DNA of 24,035 nucleotides from Octopus sinensis (lineage: Eukaryota), in NCBI RefSeq assembly GCF_006345805.1, contig NW_021836477.1, positions 1 through 24,035 on the forward strand. The letters run 5' to 3'. How positions within the stretch are numbered: position 1 is the stretch's first letter; every line of letters begins with the position of its first letter. Position numbers and translations under genes: made by a program. The notes under the pieces were generated by a model that had not been told where the DNA came from, ran no database searches, and saw nothing but the letters and a program-made list of their open reading frames with translations. Shown piece by piece: positions 10,831 through 21,075 of this stretch.

Positions 10831-11607
10831 CACAAACACACAAAGACGTATAAAATATCTGTATGGATGTATACACATACCTATACGTATTGGTATGTGC
10901 CTCTAATTATTCAAACATATATGCATGTGTGTGTGTATATATATATATACACACACATACATATATGATAGATATATATATACATATATATATACACATA
11001 TATATTTATATATATATATGTTTATATACGTACATACATGCATACTTATTAGTGGTATTACACATTACATGCACAAATTGACATTGGTATAAATATATAT
11101 GTATACCTACTTATATATATATATATGCACACACACTCACACACTCGTATATATTAGCAATGTTTACGTTGCATAAGCTTCCATCTGTCCAGTGTTGAGG
11201 ACATTAAATGTAAAAGCAATATTAAATATTTATTTATTTATCTATTTCTTCTTTTAACTTTTTGCGCAAAATTTCTACTGTGTTACGATGTGTGACGAAG
11301 ATATATTGCGCCGTAGTCTCCGGAGATTCCGGCTCGAACCGGAACCGTACGTAAAATGAATTAACGTGATAGTTCTAACATTGTTGCTTGATTTGCTTGA
11401 GATAAGCACTGTCAACTCGCTCTCCACACACACACCTATCATTAAAGAATGGACAGTATTTGTTAATTTCGTCCTAGGTACACTAGGCCAGAAAGAACGA
11501 CTGGCTCAACTTAGTTACAGGGCTTTGTAAATATAAACCTTGGCTGATTTATGACACAACAACAATAACAACAACAACAGTTGTAAAGAAAGTAATTTAA
11601 TGGCTAA

Positions 11608-11820
11608 TAATGCTTTCAAATTTTGGCACAAGGCCAGTAAGGTCGGAGAAGGGGGTAAGTTGATTAAATCGGCCCCAGTGTTCAACCGGTTCTTATCTTA
11701 TTGTCTACGAAAGGCTGAAAGGCAAAGTTGAATTTGAAATCGGTGGAATTTGAAATCAGAACGAAATGCCGCTAAGCATTTTGCTCGGCGTGCTAACAAT
11801 TCTGATAGATCGCTGTCCTA
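11608..11820 (-). mobile_element. Degenerate Nin/Deu-like SINE
   Basis: cgaaaggctgaaaggcaaagt..atttgaaatcagaacgaaatgccgctaagcattttgctcggcgtgctaac is the reverse complement of the family head and body. Confidence 0.75.
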
Positions 11821-11897
11821 ATTAGTTGACTAATAATAATAATACTTAACCACTCAACGTCAGTGGTCGAGTGGGCATTGCGCCTCATTATAAATAA

Positions 11898-12298
11898 GGT
11901 TGCGAGCTGGCAGAATCATTAGCACGCAGGACGAAATGCTTAGCGGTATTTTGTCTGCCGCTACGTTCTGAGTTCAAGTTACGCCGAGGTCGACTTTGTC
12001 TTTCATCCTTTCGGGGTCGATTAAATAAGTACCAGTTACGCACTGGGGGTCGATATAATCGACTTAATCCGTTTGTCTGTCCCTGTTTGTCCCCTCTGTG
12101 TTTAGCCCCTTGTGGGTAGTAAAGAAATAGGTATTTTGCCTGTCTTTACGTTCTGTGTTCAAATTTCGCCGAGGTCGACTTTGCCTTTCATCCTTTCGAA
12201 GTCGATAGATTAAGTACCAGTTGCGAACTGGGGTCGATCTAATCTACTGGCCCCACTCCCCCAAAATTTCGGGCCTTATACCTAGAGTAGAAAAGAAT
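11898..12298 (+). mobile_element. Full-length Nin/Deu-like SINE with two tandem units and 3' tail
   Basis: Head gcgagctggcagaatcattagcacg, B-box gagttcaag, two central domains, tail cctagagtagaaaagaat. Confidence 0.85.
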
Positions 12299-12304
12299 AA
12301 TGAT

Positions 12305-12522
12305 AATCCTTTCTACTATAGGAACAAGGCCTGAAATTTTGGCTCGGAGGGGATAGTCGATTACATCGACCCCAGTACTCAACTGGTGTTCATTGTATCG
12401 ACCCCGAATGGATGAAATGCAAAGTTGTCCATGACGAAATTTGAACTCAAAACGTAAAGACAGACAAATATGCGGCTAAGAATTTGACCTGGCGTGCCAA
12501 CGATTCTGCCAGCTCGCCACTT
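12305..12522 (-). mobile_element. Full-length single-unit Nin/Deu-like SINE, tail-to-tail with the previous copy
   Basis: Reverse complement of the same family: ttctactatagg..atcgaccccagt..tttgaactc..ttctgccagctcgcc. Confidence 0.8.
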
Positions 12523-12799
12523 TAAGACTAATAATAAGAAGGAAAGTGACATACAACAAGTTCCTGTATTTCTTAGCCGCAGAATTATCTTTGGAGGTCT
12601 ATGGCTTAGGAGTTAGGGTGTTGGACTTATGATATATATTATATATATTATATATATATATATATATATAATGCCAGAAAAACCGGGAAACCTGCCTTGT
12701 GATCCTTACGGAATAATGCGAACTAACCAAGATACATATTCTTTTATCAAAAAGTAAAATGCCTTAATATTTATATTCCAATATTTTAATCAACAATAT

Positions 12800-12807
12800 A
12801 ATCGTCG

Positions 12808-12848
<41 letters not shown>

Positions 12849-12920
12849 TTCATCATCATCGTCGTCTTCGTCGTCGTCAACATCATCATCATCATCGTCG
12901 TCATCATCATCATTATTATT
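12800..12920. repeat. (CAT)n/(CGT)n microsatellite
   Basis: Directly visible. Confidence 0.9.
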
Positions 12921-13366
12921 GAGTGAGGGTGCAGTGCATGCCATCAAAGTGACACTAGGTTAAAATATACGAAGCCCAATAAACCCATCATGACTACCCG
13001 TCTGATAAGGGTACACTAGGCACATACATCACAACCATATGTGCACGACATGGTGATCTCATATCAAGATTAACAGTGCGTGACCTTGCAGGTGGGCCCA
13101 GTTAGAATTTTCTTCAGGTTGAGTTGCGCACCCTGCTCAGAAGGTACCTGAATGAGGGTTGTTTAAGGATGATGAAAGAAACATTCATGTTTCCAGAGGT
13201 GAATTATTCAAACCCAAAGAATTCCTCTCAACATACGGCTATGATGCTCCCCACTACTTCTGTTCGTGATCAGAGATGCACCTATCGTCACTAAGGGACA
13301 TTGTCAACTGGTTAAGGTCAAACAACTGACAAGCAAATCTGTGGTATAGACCAGAATATTTGCTGT
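12921..13366. repeat. Probable interspersed repeat (LINE UTR-like), unclassified
   Basis: Complex non-coding block bounded by (CAT)/(TAT) tracts, next to an R4/Dong fragment. Single copy in the window, so repeat status is inferred. Confidence 0.35.
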
Positions 13367-13394
13367 ATCATCATCATCATCATCATTATTATCT

Positions 13395-13725
13395 TTACTT
13401 CTTTTTCATCTTTATGGTTGAGCACGCTATCTGGTCGTCTCGCCTCTATGACTTGGTCACACTGCATGTTAAAATCTCAGAATATTTTGTAATGTTCGTT
13501 TTCCATTACTCTCTCTGGCATACCATTGTTCGGCTCTCTCGAGGTTTGCTTTACTGCACAACTGCCAGAGGACATATCTGGCCACATTGTTGTGTCTCCT
13601 TTTATATTCGCGTTGTGCGAGCTTCCAGCACTCACAGCAATATGGCTTATACTTTCTCCCTTCTCAGAGCACATCCTACACTGTAGCGAGTCAATGCTTT
13701 TAACATTGCATGCGTTTAGCGAATT
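13395..13725 (-). mobile_element. R4/Dong-clade (RLE) non-LTR retrotransposon fragment: zinc knuckle and start of restriction-like endonuclease
   Basis: CRMCSEKGESISHI, then after frameshifts ECWKLAQREYKRRHNNVAR, PERVMENEHYKIF and MQCDQVIEARRPDSVL (CCHC + RHN + RPD motifs). Confidence 0.85.
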
Positions 13726-13786
13726 CCATATATATATATATATATATATGTAGTGGTGTGTGTTGTGGTGTGTGTGTGTTGTCTGT

Positions 13787-13823
<37 letters not shown>

Positions 13824-13968
13824 GTTTGTGTGTGTGTGTGTGCATATAATAATAATAATAATAATAGTTTTAGGGAGTATATATATATACATATATATCT
13901 ATATATATATAATATACCATATATACACAATATATATTATATATATAATATATATTATATATATATAA

Positions 13969-14462
13969 TAAATTGATCAAATAAAATAAAGACATGATGC
14001 GAAGGATTCAGCGGTACATATGTTTCGGGCCTTTATTAGACAGATTTATAACAATGCATAATGTATGTCTGGGCCTCTTCAGCCGCGCACCACAGCTTCC
14101 ACAAGGACATGTGTTACATCAAAAATTCTTGGTTGGGGATGCAAATCCTCTCATTCACGTACGACATAATGCGGCAGCAGCATAGAGTTGAAGCGTCCAT
14201 CTCTTTCTTCTCTCAATGTAGAATGAGGAAAATTGGATGTTGAGGTAATGTAAATAAATAAATACATATAGAGGTGAAGATGGAGGGGCGAGAGTTCGGG
14301 ACGAGGATAAAAAATGTATAAAAGTGTAAGTATAGAATAATATAAAAATGTAGAGGATAAAGGGTTGTAAGTAGATGTAAAGGGGGTATAAAGATTAATA
14401 AAGAAATATAAAGTAAAAATAGAAATAGAAATAAAAGTAAAAAAACCTGATAAAAACATGAT
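13969..14462 (-). repeat. Left arm of ~490-bp inverted repeat (Penelope-like pLTR/3' UTR)
   Basis: Reverse complement of 14833-15315, differing mostly by small indels. Abuts a (TA)-rich tract and carries a hammerhead motif. Confidence 0.9.
14011..14086 (-). ncRNA. Type I hammerhead ribozyme motif (copy 1)
   Basis: Minus strand GCGG-CUGAAGA-GGCCC..long loop..GGCCC-GAAAC-AUAU-GUA-CCGC. Intact core boxes, stem I GCGG/CCGC, palindromic stem III ACAUAUGU. Confidence 0.75.
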
Positions 14463-14832
14463 GCGTAATGTCCGTGTATATATGCGGATATTCTGTTGTA
14501 TGTATGTGTGTGTACGCGCGTGCGTGTGGGTGCGTGTGTGTTTATGTACGTGTTTACACGCGAGTGCGTGTGTATGCTTATAGGCTTGAAGACGTATATG
14601 TACGCGTGTATGTGGGTGTATATATCCATGATGATATGTATGTACTAGAAGTCCATTTAATTCAAGGAACCAGATTAAATGCTCATCAGCTCTGATTTAC
14701 AACGCATTAAGTCCCCAGACGAAACTGTTGATGTACTGACTATTCTACAACTAAATTTTATCAATCTCCTGACCACCATGCTTGGTCCATAACCTCTATA
14801 CATCCTTATCTTTACATTCTTTTACACTTTAT

Positions 14833-15315
14833 ATCATGTTTTTATCAGGTTTTTTACTTTATTTCTATTTCTATTTTTACTTTATTTCTTTATACCCCCT
14901 TTACATCTACTTACAACCCTTTATCCTCTACATTTTTATGTTATTCTATACTTACATTTTATACATTTTTTATCCCTCGTCCCGAACTCTCGCCCCTCCA
15001 TCTTCACCTCTATATATGTATTATTTATTTACATTACCTCAACATCCAATTTTCCTCATTCTACATTGAGAGAAGAAAGAGATGGACGCTTCAACTCTAT
15101 GCTGCTGCCGCATATGTCGTACGTGAATGAGAGGATTTGCATCCCCAACCAAGAATTTTGATGTAACACATGTCCTTGTGGAAGCTGTGGTGCGCGGCTG
15201 AAGAAGGCCACAGACATACATTATGCATTGTTATAAAATCTGTCTAATAAAGGCCCGAAACATATGTACCGCTGAATCCTTCGCATCATGTTTTTATTTT
15301 ATTTTGATCAATTTA
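14833..15315 (+). repeat. Right arm of inverted repeat (Penelope-like pLTR/3' UTR), probably extending 5' to ~14640
   Basis: Reverse complement of 13969-14462. The pyrimidine-rich composition continues upstream into the spacer. Confidence 0.9.
15194..15272 (+). ncRNA. Type I hammerhead ribozyme motif (copy 2)
   Basis: GCGG(15194-97)-CUGAAGA(15198-204)-AGGCC..GGCCC-GAAA(15257-60)-C-AUAU-GUA(15266-68)-CCGC(15269-72). Predicted cleavage after 15268. Confidence 0.75.
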
Positions 15316-15594
15316 CTCCACCACTACACCACCAAACGGTATACACAGGTGCTTATAATTATCAAGTACTCACCCCGAATTCTATATATATATATAAATA
15401 TAATATATATATATATATATATACATACATATATATATGTATGTGTTTGTGTGTGTGTGTATTGAGATAAAATTCAAAAATGGATATATAGTTATATATG
15501 CCAACAGATTTATTTTATGAATATGTAGAGAACCGGAATACAAACCGTAAAGCATTTCTGCCGATGTGACAACGATCCTCACACCATCCCACTC

Positions 15595-15716
15595 GCAGAG
15601 CAACGTGAAATGAAGTTATTTATACAAGAGCACAGCGCGTTGCCCGGTCCAGGAATCGATCCCGCGGTCTAGCTATTGTGAGTGCCACACTCTAACGACT
15701 AGGCCATGTACCTTCA
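15595..15716 (-). mobile_element. Degenerate tRNA-derived SINE head
   Basis: Minus strand ggtacatggcctagtcgttagagtg (A-box) and ggatcgattcc (B-box-like), followed by gaccgggc. Similar to the head at 16846. Confidence 0.65.
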
Positions 15717-15972
15717 TTTATATATAGGAGTTCCCTCTGTCATGGCCAAGGCAAATGCAACTATAGCGGTGCGAACGATGGCAGTAACGTTCCTCTTGAA
15801 ATTTTGTAAGTCCAACACTCGTGTGAAAGTCTAAAGTCTTGAACAGTGAAGGAATTCCAGAGGACCGACGTTCTAGGAAGGACTATATGTAGTGAGTAGT
15901 GAGGAGCCTGGAGTAGGCTTGGACACAGCAAGTATGTTGAGAATTCTCGTTCGGTAAGACGACAGTTATAAC

Positions 15973-16236
15973 CAGGGCTGTGTGGAGTCGAAACAAAAAC
16001 TTCAACTCCGACTCCTCTACTACTGGCACCTCCGACTACGACTCCTCTTTCTGTAATTAAGTCATTGTGGTTTACATATCGCATAAAGCATACTTGTACT
16101 TTGAGTAGGCCTATATGTTATAACTGGTTTATATTAGAAAATAATGAGTCGGAAACCGTATAGCTTTACCGACACCGATCCCGATTCTAGCTACCTCTTA
16201 CTTGTTTCCGACTTCAAATCCGACTCCACAGCCCTG
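15973..16236. mobile_element. hAT-type MITE (264 bp)
   Basis: TIRs cagggctg(tg)tggagtcg / cgactccacagccctg. Perfect 8-bp TSD gttataac (15965-72, 16237-44). Several internal tccgact subterminal motifs. Confidence 0.9.
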
Positions 16237-16633
16237 GTTATAACTAAAAGGTCCCATTCAAAACGAATGTCCTAATAAACTGGACTATACGTTTCAGCAT
16301 TGTGTGTCACTTCTAACAGTAATTATTTATTCTGATCTTTTTCTTAAACTTTAAAATTAATAATCTTATTCTAATACGCACACACAAGTACATATATATA
16401 TATATGTATGCATATGTGTATATGTATGTATGTATATGTTTATACATGTAGATATACGAGGGGGTTGAGGGAAAGAGGAAGGGAGAGAAACAGAAGACTT
16501 AAGGAGCTTCAGGTGGTTTAGCCTAGAATAAAGACGACTTAAGGATATAAGATAATCTTAGAGCCATTATTTATTATGTATATTAGGAAGGATTATTATG
16601 TGTGCTGTGTGGAGGCAGGTTAGATGGTGCACT

Positions 16634-16845
<212 letters not shown>

Positions 16846-17155
16846 AGGTACACGGCCTTGTGGTTAGAGTAGCGCACTCGTAGTCGAAGGATCACGGATT
16901 CGAATCTCAGACCGGGCGGCGATGTGTGTGTGTGTTTATGAGCGAAACACCTAAAAGGTCCACACGACTCCGGCAGAAGGTAATGGCGAACATCTGCTGA
17001 CTCTTTCGCCACAACTTTCCCCCCACTCTTTCCTCCTGCATCTAGCAGCTCACCTGTGATGGGCCAATGTCCCTTCCAGGTGGAGAAACTATACGCCAAA
17101 GAACCCGGGAAACCGGCCCCTTATGAGCCAGGCATGGCTCGAGAAGGAACAAATA
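16846..17155 (+). mobile_element. tRNA-derived SINE, V-domain-like family
   Basis: A-box cggccttgtggttagag, B-box gattcgaatc, then ctgtgatgggccaatgtcccttccagg and gaacccgggaaaccggccc, which resemble the V-SINE central domain. Confidence 0.7.
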
Positions 17156-17645
17156 GCAAACATCATATATACATACACACACACACACAAACACACACAT
17201 ACACACACACACATAGCAATGATGTGCATGTATATTCGTCCTGGATATATTATTGTTTCGACTTTAGCTGTACTACGTGCACGTGAGGATTTCATGAGTA
17301 TGTACATAGGTATGTATGTATGTATGTATGAATGAATGTATGTATGTATGTATGTATGTATGTATTATGTATGTATGTATGTATGTATGTATGTATGAAT
17401 GTATGTAAGTGAATGTATTTTTATTAATATTTAGCAAAGTAACAGAGTGACCAAAGGTCCGAGAGCTTCGAGCGTTGGCGCTTATTAAACTAGTCACAGG
17501 TCGAAGGCCTGTGAGTTTATAAAGCTGTTGATAAATGAATAAATAATTTTCCATATGGAATGTAGTAGAACGAATTATAATAATGTTACGTGGATTATTC
17601 AAAAAGTTAGCCCACTATGTCGTTCAATAAGCAATTACGTAGATA

Positions 17646-17822
17646 AACAAGAGTCCATAAAAAATTCCCGGATCACTACCAAAATTTCCTCATCTGTTCC
17701 TTGTGTCATTACCAACTTCTGCAAGTTTCATTAACTAACGTTGACAACTTTTTAAGTTATTTTGCACACAGACGGACTAACGCCGATGAAAATATAACCT
17801 CCTTCCTTGGCAGAGGTAATAA
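17646..17822 (-). mobile_element. Probable Helentron-type (HINE/DINE-1-like) non-autonomous element fragment
   Basis: Minus strand begins ttattacctctgccaaggaaggaggttatattttc (short IR acctc..gaggt after TT), followed by a gtctgt-like tract and aatgaaactt. Confidence 0.5.
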
Positions 17823-18175
17823 CAAAAGAAATAAAGAATATATACATACGTACATACATACATGCATGCATACATACCTACATACACATAGATACATATA
17901 TTTTATATTGGACTGATGTACATATGTCAATTAGTGTGTTAATGTGTCAGGTAAAGCACCGGCGCAGTTTGGCCTACCTGGTATCATCAACAGTTGGATT
18001 ATATTTCTGTCCGATCTACTTCAGAAATTTCGCAGTGTTCGTTCAGAATATAACCGATAAAAGAAACAGAAGATAGATTTGGTATAAATAGTTATTTTGC
18101 ACGATGATCGGACGATCGTCGTACAAAATAAAGAGTTATACTAAATCAACTTTCTGTTTCCTTAATTAACTATAT

Positions 18176-18217
<42 letters not shown>

Positions 18218-18241
18218 GAGAGAGAGAGAGAGAGAGAGAGA

Positions 18242-18400
18242 GACGTAGGAGTGGCTGTATGGTAAGTAACTTGCTTACTACCACATAGTTCTGGGTTCAG
18301 TCCCACTGCGTGGCACCTTGGGCAAGTGTCTTCCACTATAGCCTCGGCCGACCAAAGCCTTGTGAGTGGATTTGGTAGACGGAAACTGAAAGAAGCCCGT

Positions 18401-18402
<2 letters not shown>
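18242..18402 (+). mobile_element. 5' half of CORE-like SINE
   Basis: gtaggagtggctgtatggtaag (A-box), ggttcagtccc (B-box), accttgggcaagtg. Ends at (TA)n. Confidence 0.85.
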
Positions 18403-18448
<46 letters not shown>

Positions 18449-18464
18449 ACGGGCTTCTTTCAGC

Positions 18465-18541
18465 ATTCCTGCTCTCCCCCTTCCATCCACGTGGGTGTTT
18501 GCTAGTCTGACCCACGTGGGTGGAAGGGGGAGAGCAGGAAT
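18465..18541. repeat. 32-bp-stem hairpin with 13-nt loop
   Basis: attcctgctctcccccttccatccacgtgggt (18465-96) pairs with acccacgtgggtggaagggggagagcaggaat (18510-41), with a single G-U pair. Confidence 0.95.
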
Positions 18542-18658
18542 TCTTCGCTTGCATATTTTGAATTTGTTGGCACTGTTAGTTTGAACGGATCTTCTGAGGT
18601 GAAAAGTCGCCAAAAGGGTATGCTCCTACTTTCAGTGTTTCCAAATCCGAATTAAGAA

Positions 18659-18723
18659 ATTTGGGGCTGACGAAAGAAATGTCGAATTGTATTTGGCTGA
18701 TCTAGAAACGTACGTTCTCAAAT
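18659..18723 (+). ncRNA. Type I hammerhead-like motif
   Basis: AUUUGGGG-CUGACGA(18667-73)-imperfect stem II-GAAA(18705-08)-C-GUAC-GUU-CUCAAAU. Palindromic stem III ACGUACGU, stem I with one bulge. Confidence 0.6.
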
Positions 18724-19025
18724 AATCTTTGCACTTGTGATTTTTTAATGTTTTTTACCCCCATACCTTCGTGGGTTATTTGAGTAAACACTATCTGAGA
18801 GAAATTTTCTTTAAGTATTAGAAATGGCTAAAAAATCTTTTTTTTTTTTTTTTTTTTTGGCTGCTATTTCTAATGAGTTCAGTATGTGGCAAAGTAATTT
18901 ATTTTACTAAGCCCTTTTATACATGTAATATTTGAATTCGCCTTAATGGTCCCTTTACATACTGAATACTTGGTGAAATTGATTAATAACTAATTAATTT
19001 TACCCTCAATTGTTGAAATATATAT

Positions 19026-19072
<47 letters not shown>

Positions 19073-19074
19073 AT

Positions 19075-19497
19075 TTCTCTTTTAATCGTTTTAGTCATTG
19101 GACTGCAGTCATCGTGGGGCACCACCATATAAGGATAAATCGAGCAAGTCGACCTCAATTCATACTTTTTTAAAGTCTAGCTCTTATTCTAACTCACTCT
19201 TTTGCCCGAACCGCTTAGTTACGGTGACATAAGCAAACCAACACCAATTGTCAAGGGTCGTAGGAGACAAACACGGGCGTTCATGTACACGCGTGCAGAC
19301 AGACAAGCACTAACACACATATGTATATAAATATCCGGACGATTTCTTTCAGTTTCCTTCTACCAAATCTGCTCAGAAGGTTTTGGTCGACCGGGGCTAT
19401 TAGTGGAAGACAGTTGCTCAAGGACCCTCTCTGTAGGAAAGAACCCAGGGCCATGTGACTGGAAAACAAACTGCTTACCACACAGCCTCGCCTGCGC
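19075..19497 (-). mobile_element. Full-length, diverged CORE-like SINE
   Basis: Colinear with 1958-2392 (agtcatt.gactgc..gaaccgct.agt..tttcagtttc..taccaaatc..cttaccacacagcc). Confidence 0.8.
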
Positions 19498-19694
19498 TCA
19501 TGCGCTCGGAGACACACATACATACATACATACATACATACATGCATACATACATACATACATTCATACATACATACATATACACATACATACATACTTA
19601 CATACATATATACATGCATACATATATACATGATTAAAAAATATAAAAGATATACATACAAACATGAGCATAGTTTTGGAAATTAGCTATGCGT

Positions 19695-19897
19695 TTTTGT
19701 GTCTGTGTTTGTCACTGCTTGACAACCAGTATTGGTGTGTTTGTGTCTCCGTAACTTAGCGATTCCACGAGAGAGGCCGATAGGATAAGTATGAGACTTT
19801 AAAATGAAAGTATCAGGATCGATTCATCCGACTGAAAATTCTCCAAGGCAGTGCCTCAGCATGGCCGCAGTCTAATGACTGAAGTAAAAAATAGAAT
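19695..19897 (+). mobile_element. 3' half of CORE-like SINE
   Basis: gcttgacaacc..cgtaacttagcg..cagcatggccgcagtc.aatgactgaa is the reverse complement of 1988-2150. Confidence 0.75.
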
Positions 19898-20827
19898 ACA
19901 AAGAAGAAAGTATATCCATGTGCAAAAAAGAAAGATCTGGTTTCTTGCAATGAGACAATGCTCCATCGTCGGTATATATGTAGAGAACCAAAACCAAGCC
20001 ACATGTTGAACTTGATGAAAGTTTTGCATATTTATACGGTTCCGCTTACAAACTCTATTTGTAATGCGTGCGGTGGTTAATTTCTTTTTCTGAAAGCCCC
20101 AGCTTTCCCCAGATTGGAACGTAGGTATTTACTAACATAACTAAGAGGACCACTCATTGTTTGTATAAATGTGGGAATTTATAATCTACGTATAGAAGCT
20201 GAAGGTTTCACTGCAGTAGTCCGTTGTTATCCTCTTTCTCTTTGATTTTGTATGTGTGTATATATGTATGTATGTATCATATATGTTTACACACACATAC
20301 ATTTTTTCTGCGTATATGGCTGTTTATTTTACATATGACTTATACAGGCGGTTAATGGACAGACTATGCTTAATGGATATGGTACACATTTTTTTCAAAG
20401 ATGCATTTGTTTATTTAAACGTAAGTTAATGTGATCTCACTAGTTATCATAATAAAGTGTCTAGATTAATTTCTTTGGCTTCGACCTATGTACCCGAATT
20501 TTATAATTATATGAGTTTAGATTCTGATGTAATAAGTTAATTATAGGCATAAAACACAGTGGAATAGTGGAAGTGATATTATTAAATGACGGCGCACGAA
20601 GAAGCGTTTAGTGAAATATATACTTGTACAATTACTTTTAACATGTCCCTGTTACCCAGACGTGGGAAAACCATTCGCTTCGGAAATAGTCTTGAAAGGA
20701 ACATCTCTTCATAGACAAGTCACGATTATGAAGAAGTCAGTGGTTCGTAAGAAGTAGGCGTTTTCGCAAAGTACTCTTCATCAGCTCTGAAACCCGAATT
20801 GGTTAGTTCACGATCTGTAATAACAGT

Positions 20828-20901
<74 letters not shown>

Positions 20902-21030
20902 CAGGTGTCCCCAAAAAATGTATACACACGTAAATAATTGTAAATTTGTTATTCTTTGCAAGCCTAGTACTTATTCTATCGTTCTCTTTTGTCGAACCAC
21001 TATATGTATACATTTTGGGGGGACACCCTG
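20902..21030. mobile_element. Tc1/mariner-type MITE (129 bp) within (TA)n
   Basis: ~25-bp TIRs caggtgtccccaaaaaatgtataca / tgtatacattttggggggacaccctg, with TA flanks. Confidence 0.85.
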
Positions 21031-21061
<31 letters not shown>

Positions 21062-21075
21062 ACATAGATATATAA

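Noticed and set aside
8708-11081. Many overlapping ORFs including 234 aa and 248 aa
   Set aside because: Stop-free read-through of TA, CA, TAC and CAT microsatellites.
11290-11355. CCGG-rich hairpins resembling a decayed hammerhead
   Set aside because: Both core boxes are mutated (GUGACGA, GAACC) and no stem I was found.
12592-12730. SINE head and tail remnants either side of a (TA)n tract
   Set aside because: Resemble the ends of the 16846 family but are too short and diverged to call as a feature.
14640-14695. Either the end of a Penelope GIY-YIG ORF (LEVHLIQGTRLNAHQL*) or a minus-strand hammerhead (CUGAUGA + hairpin)
   Set aside because: The peptide is too short to support a call, and the ribozyme reading lacks the GAAA box.
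15730-15930. Possible very old RTE 3' fragment
   Set aside because: Only scattered residues match, too degenerate to support.
16846-16920. tRNA gene
   Set aside because: A/B boxes continue into a SINE body and tail, and no convincing acceptor stem was found.
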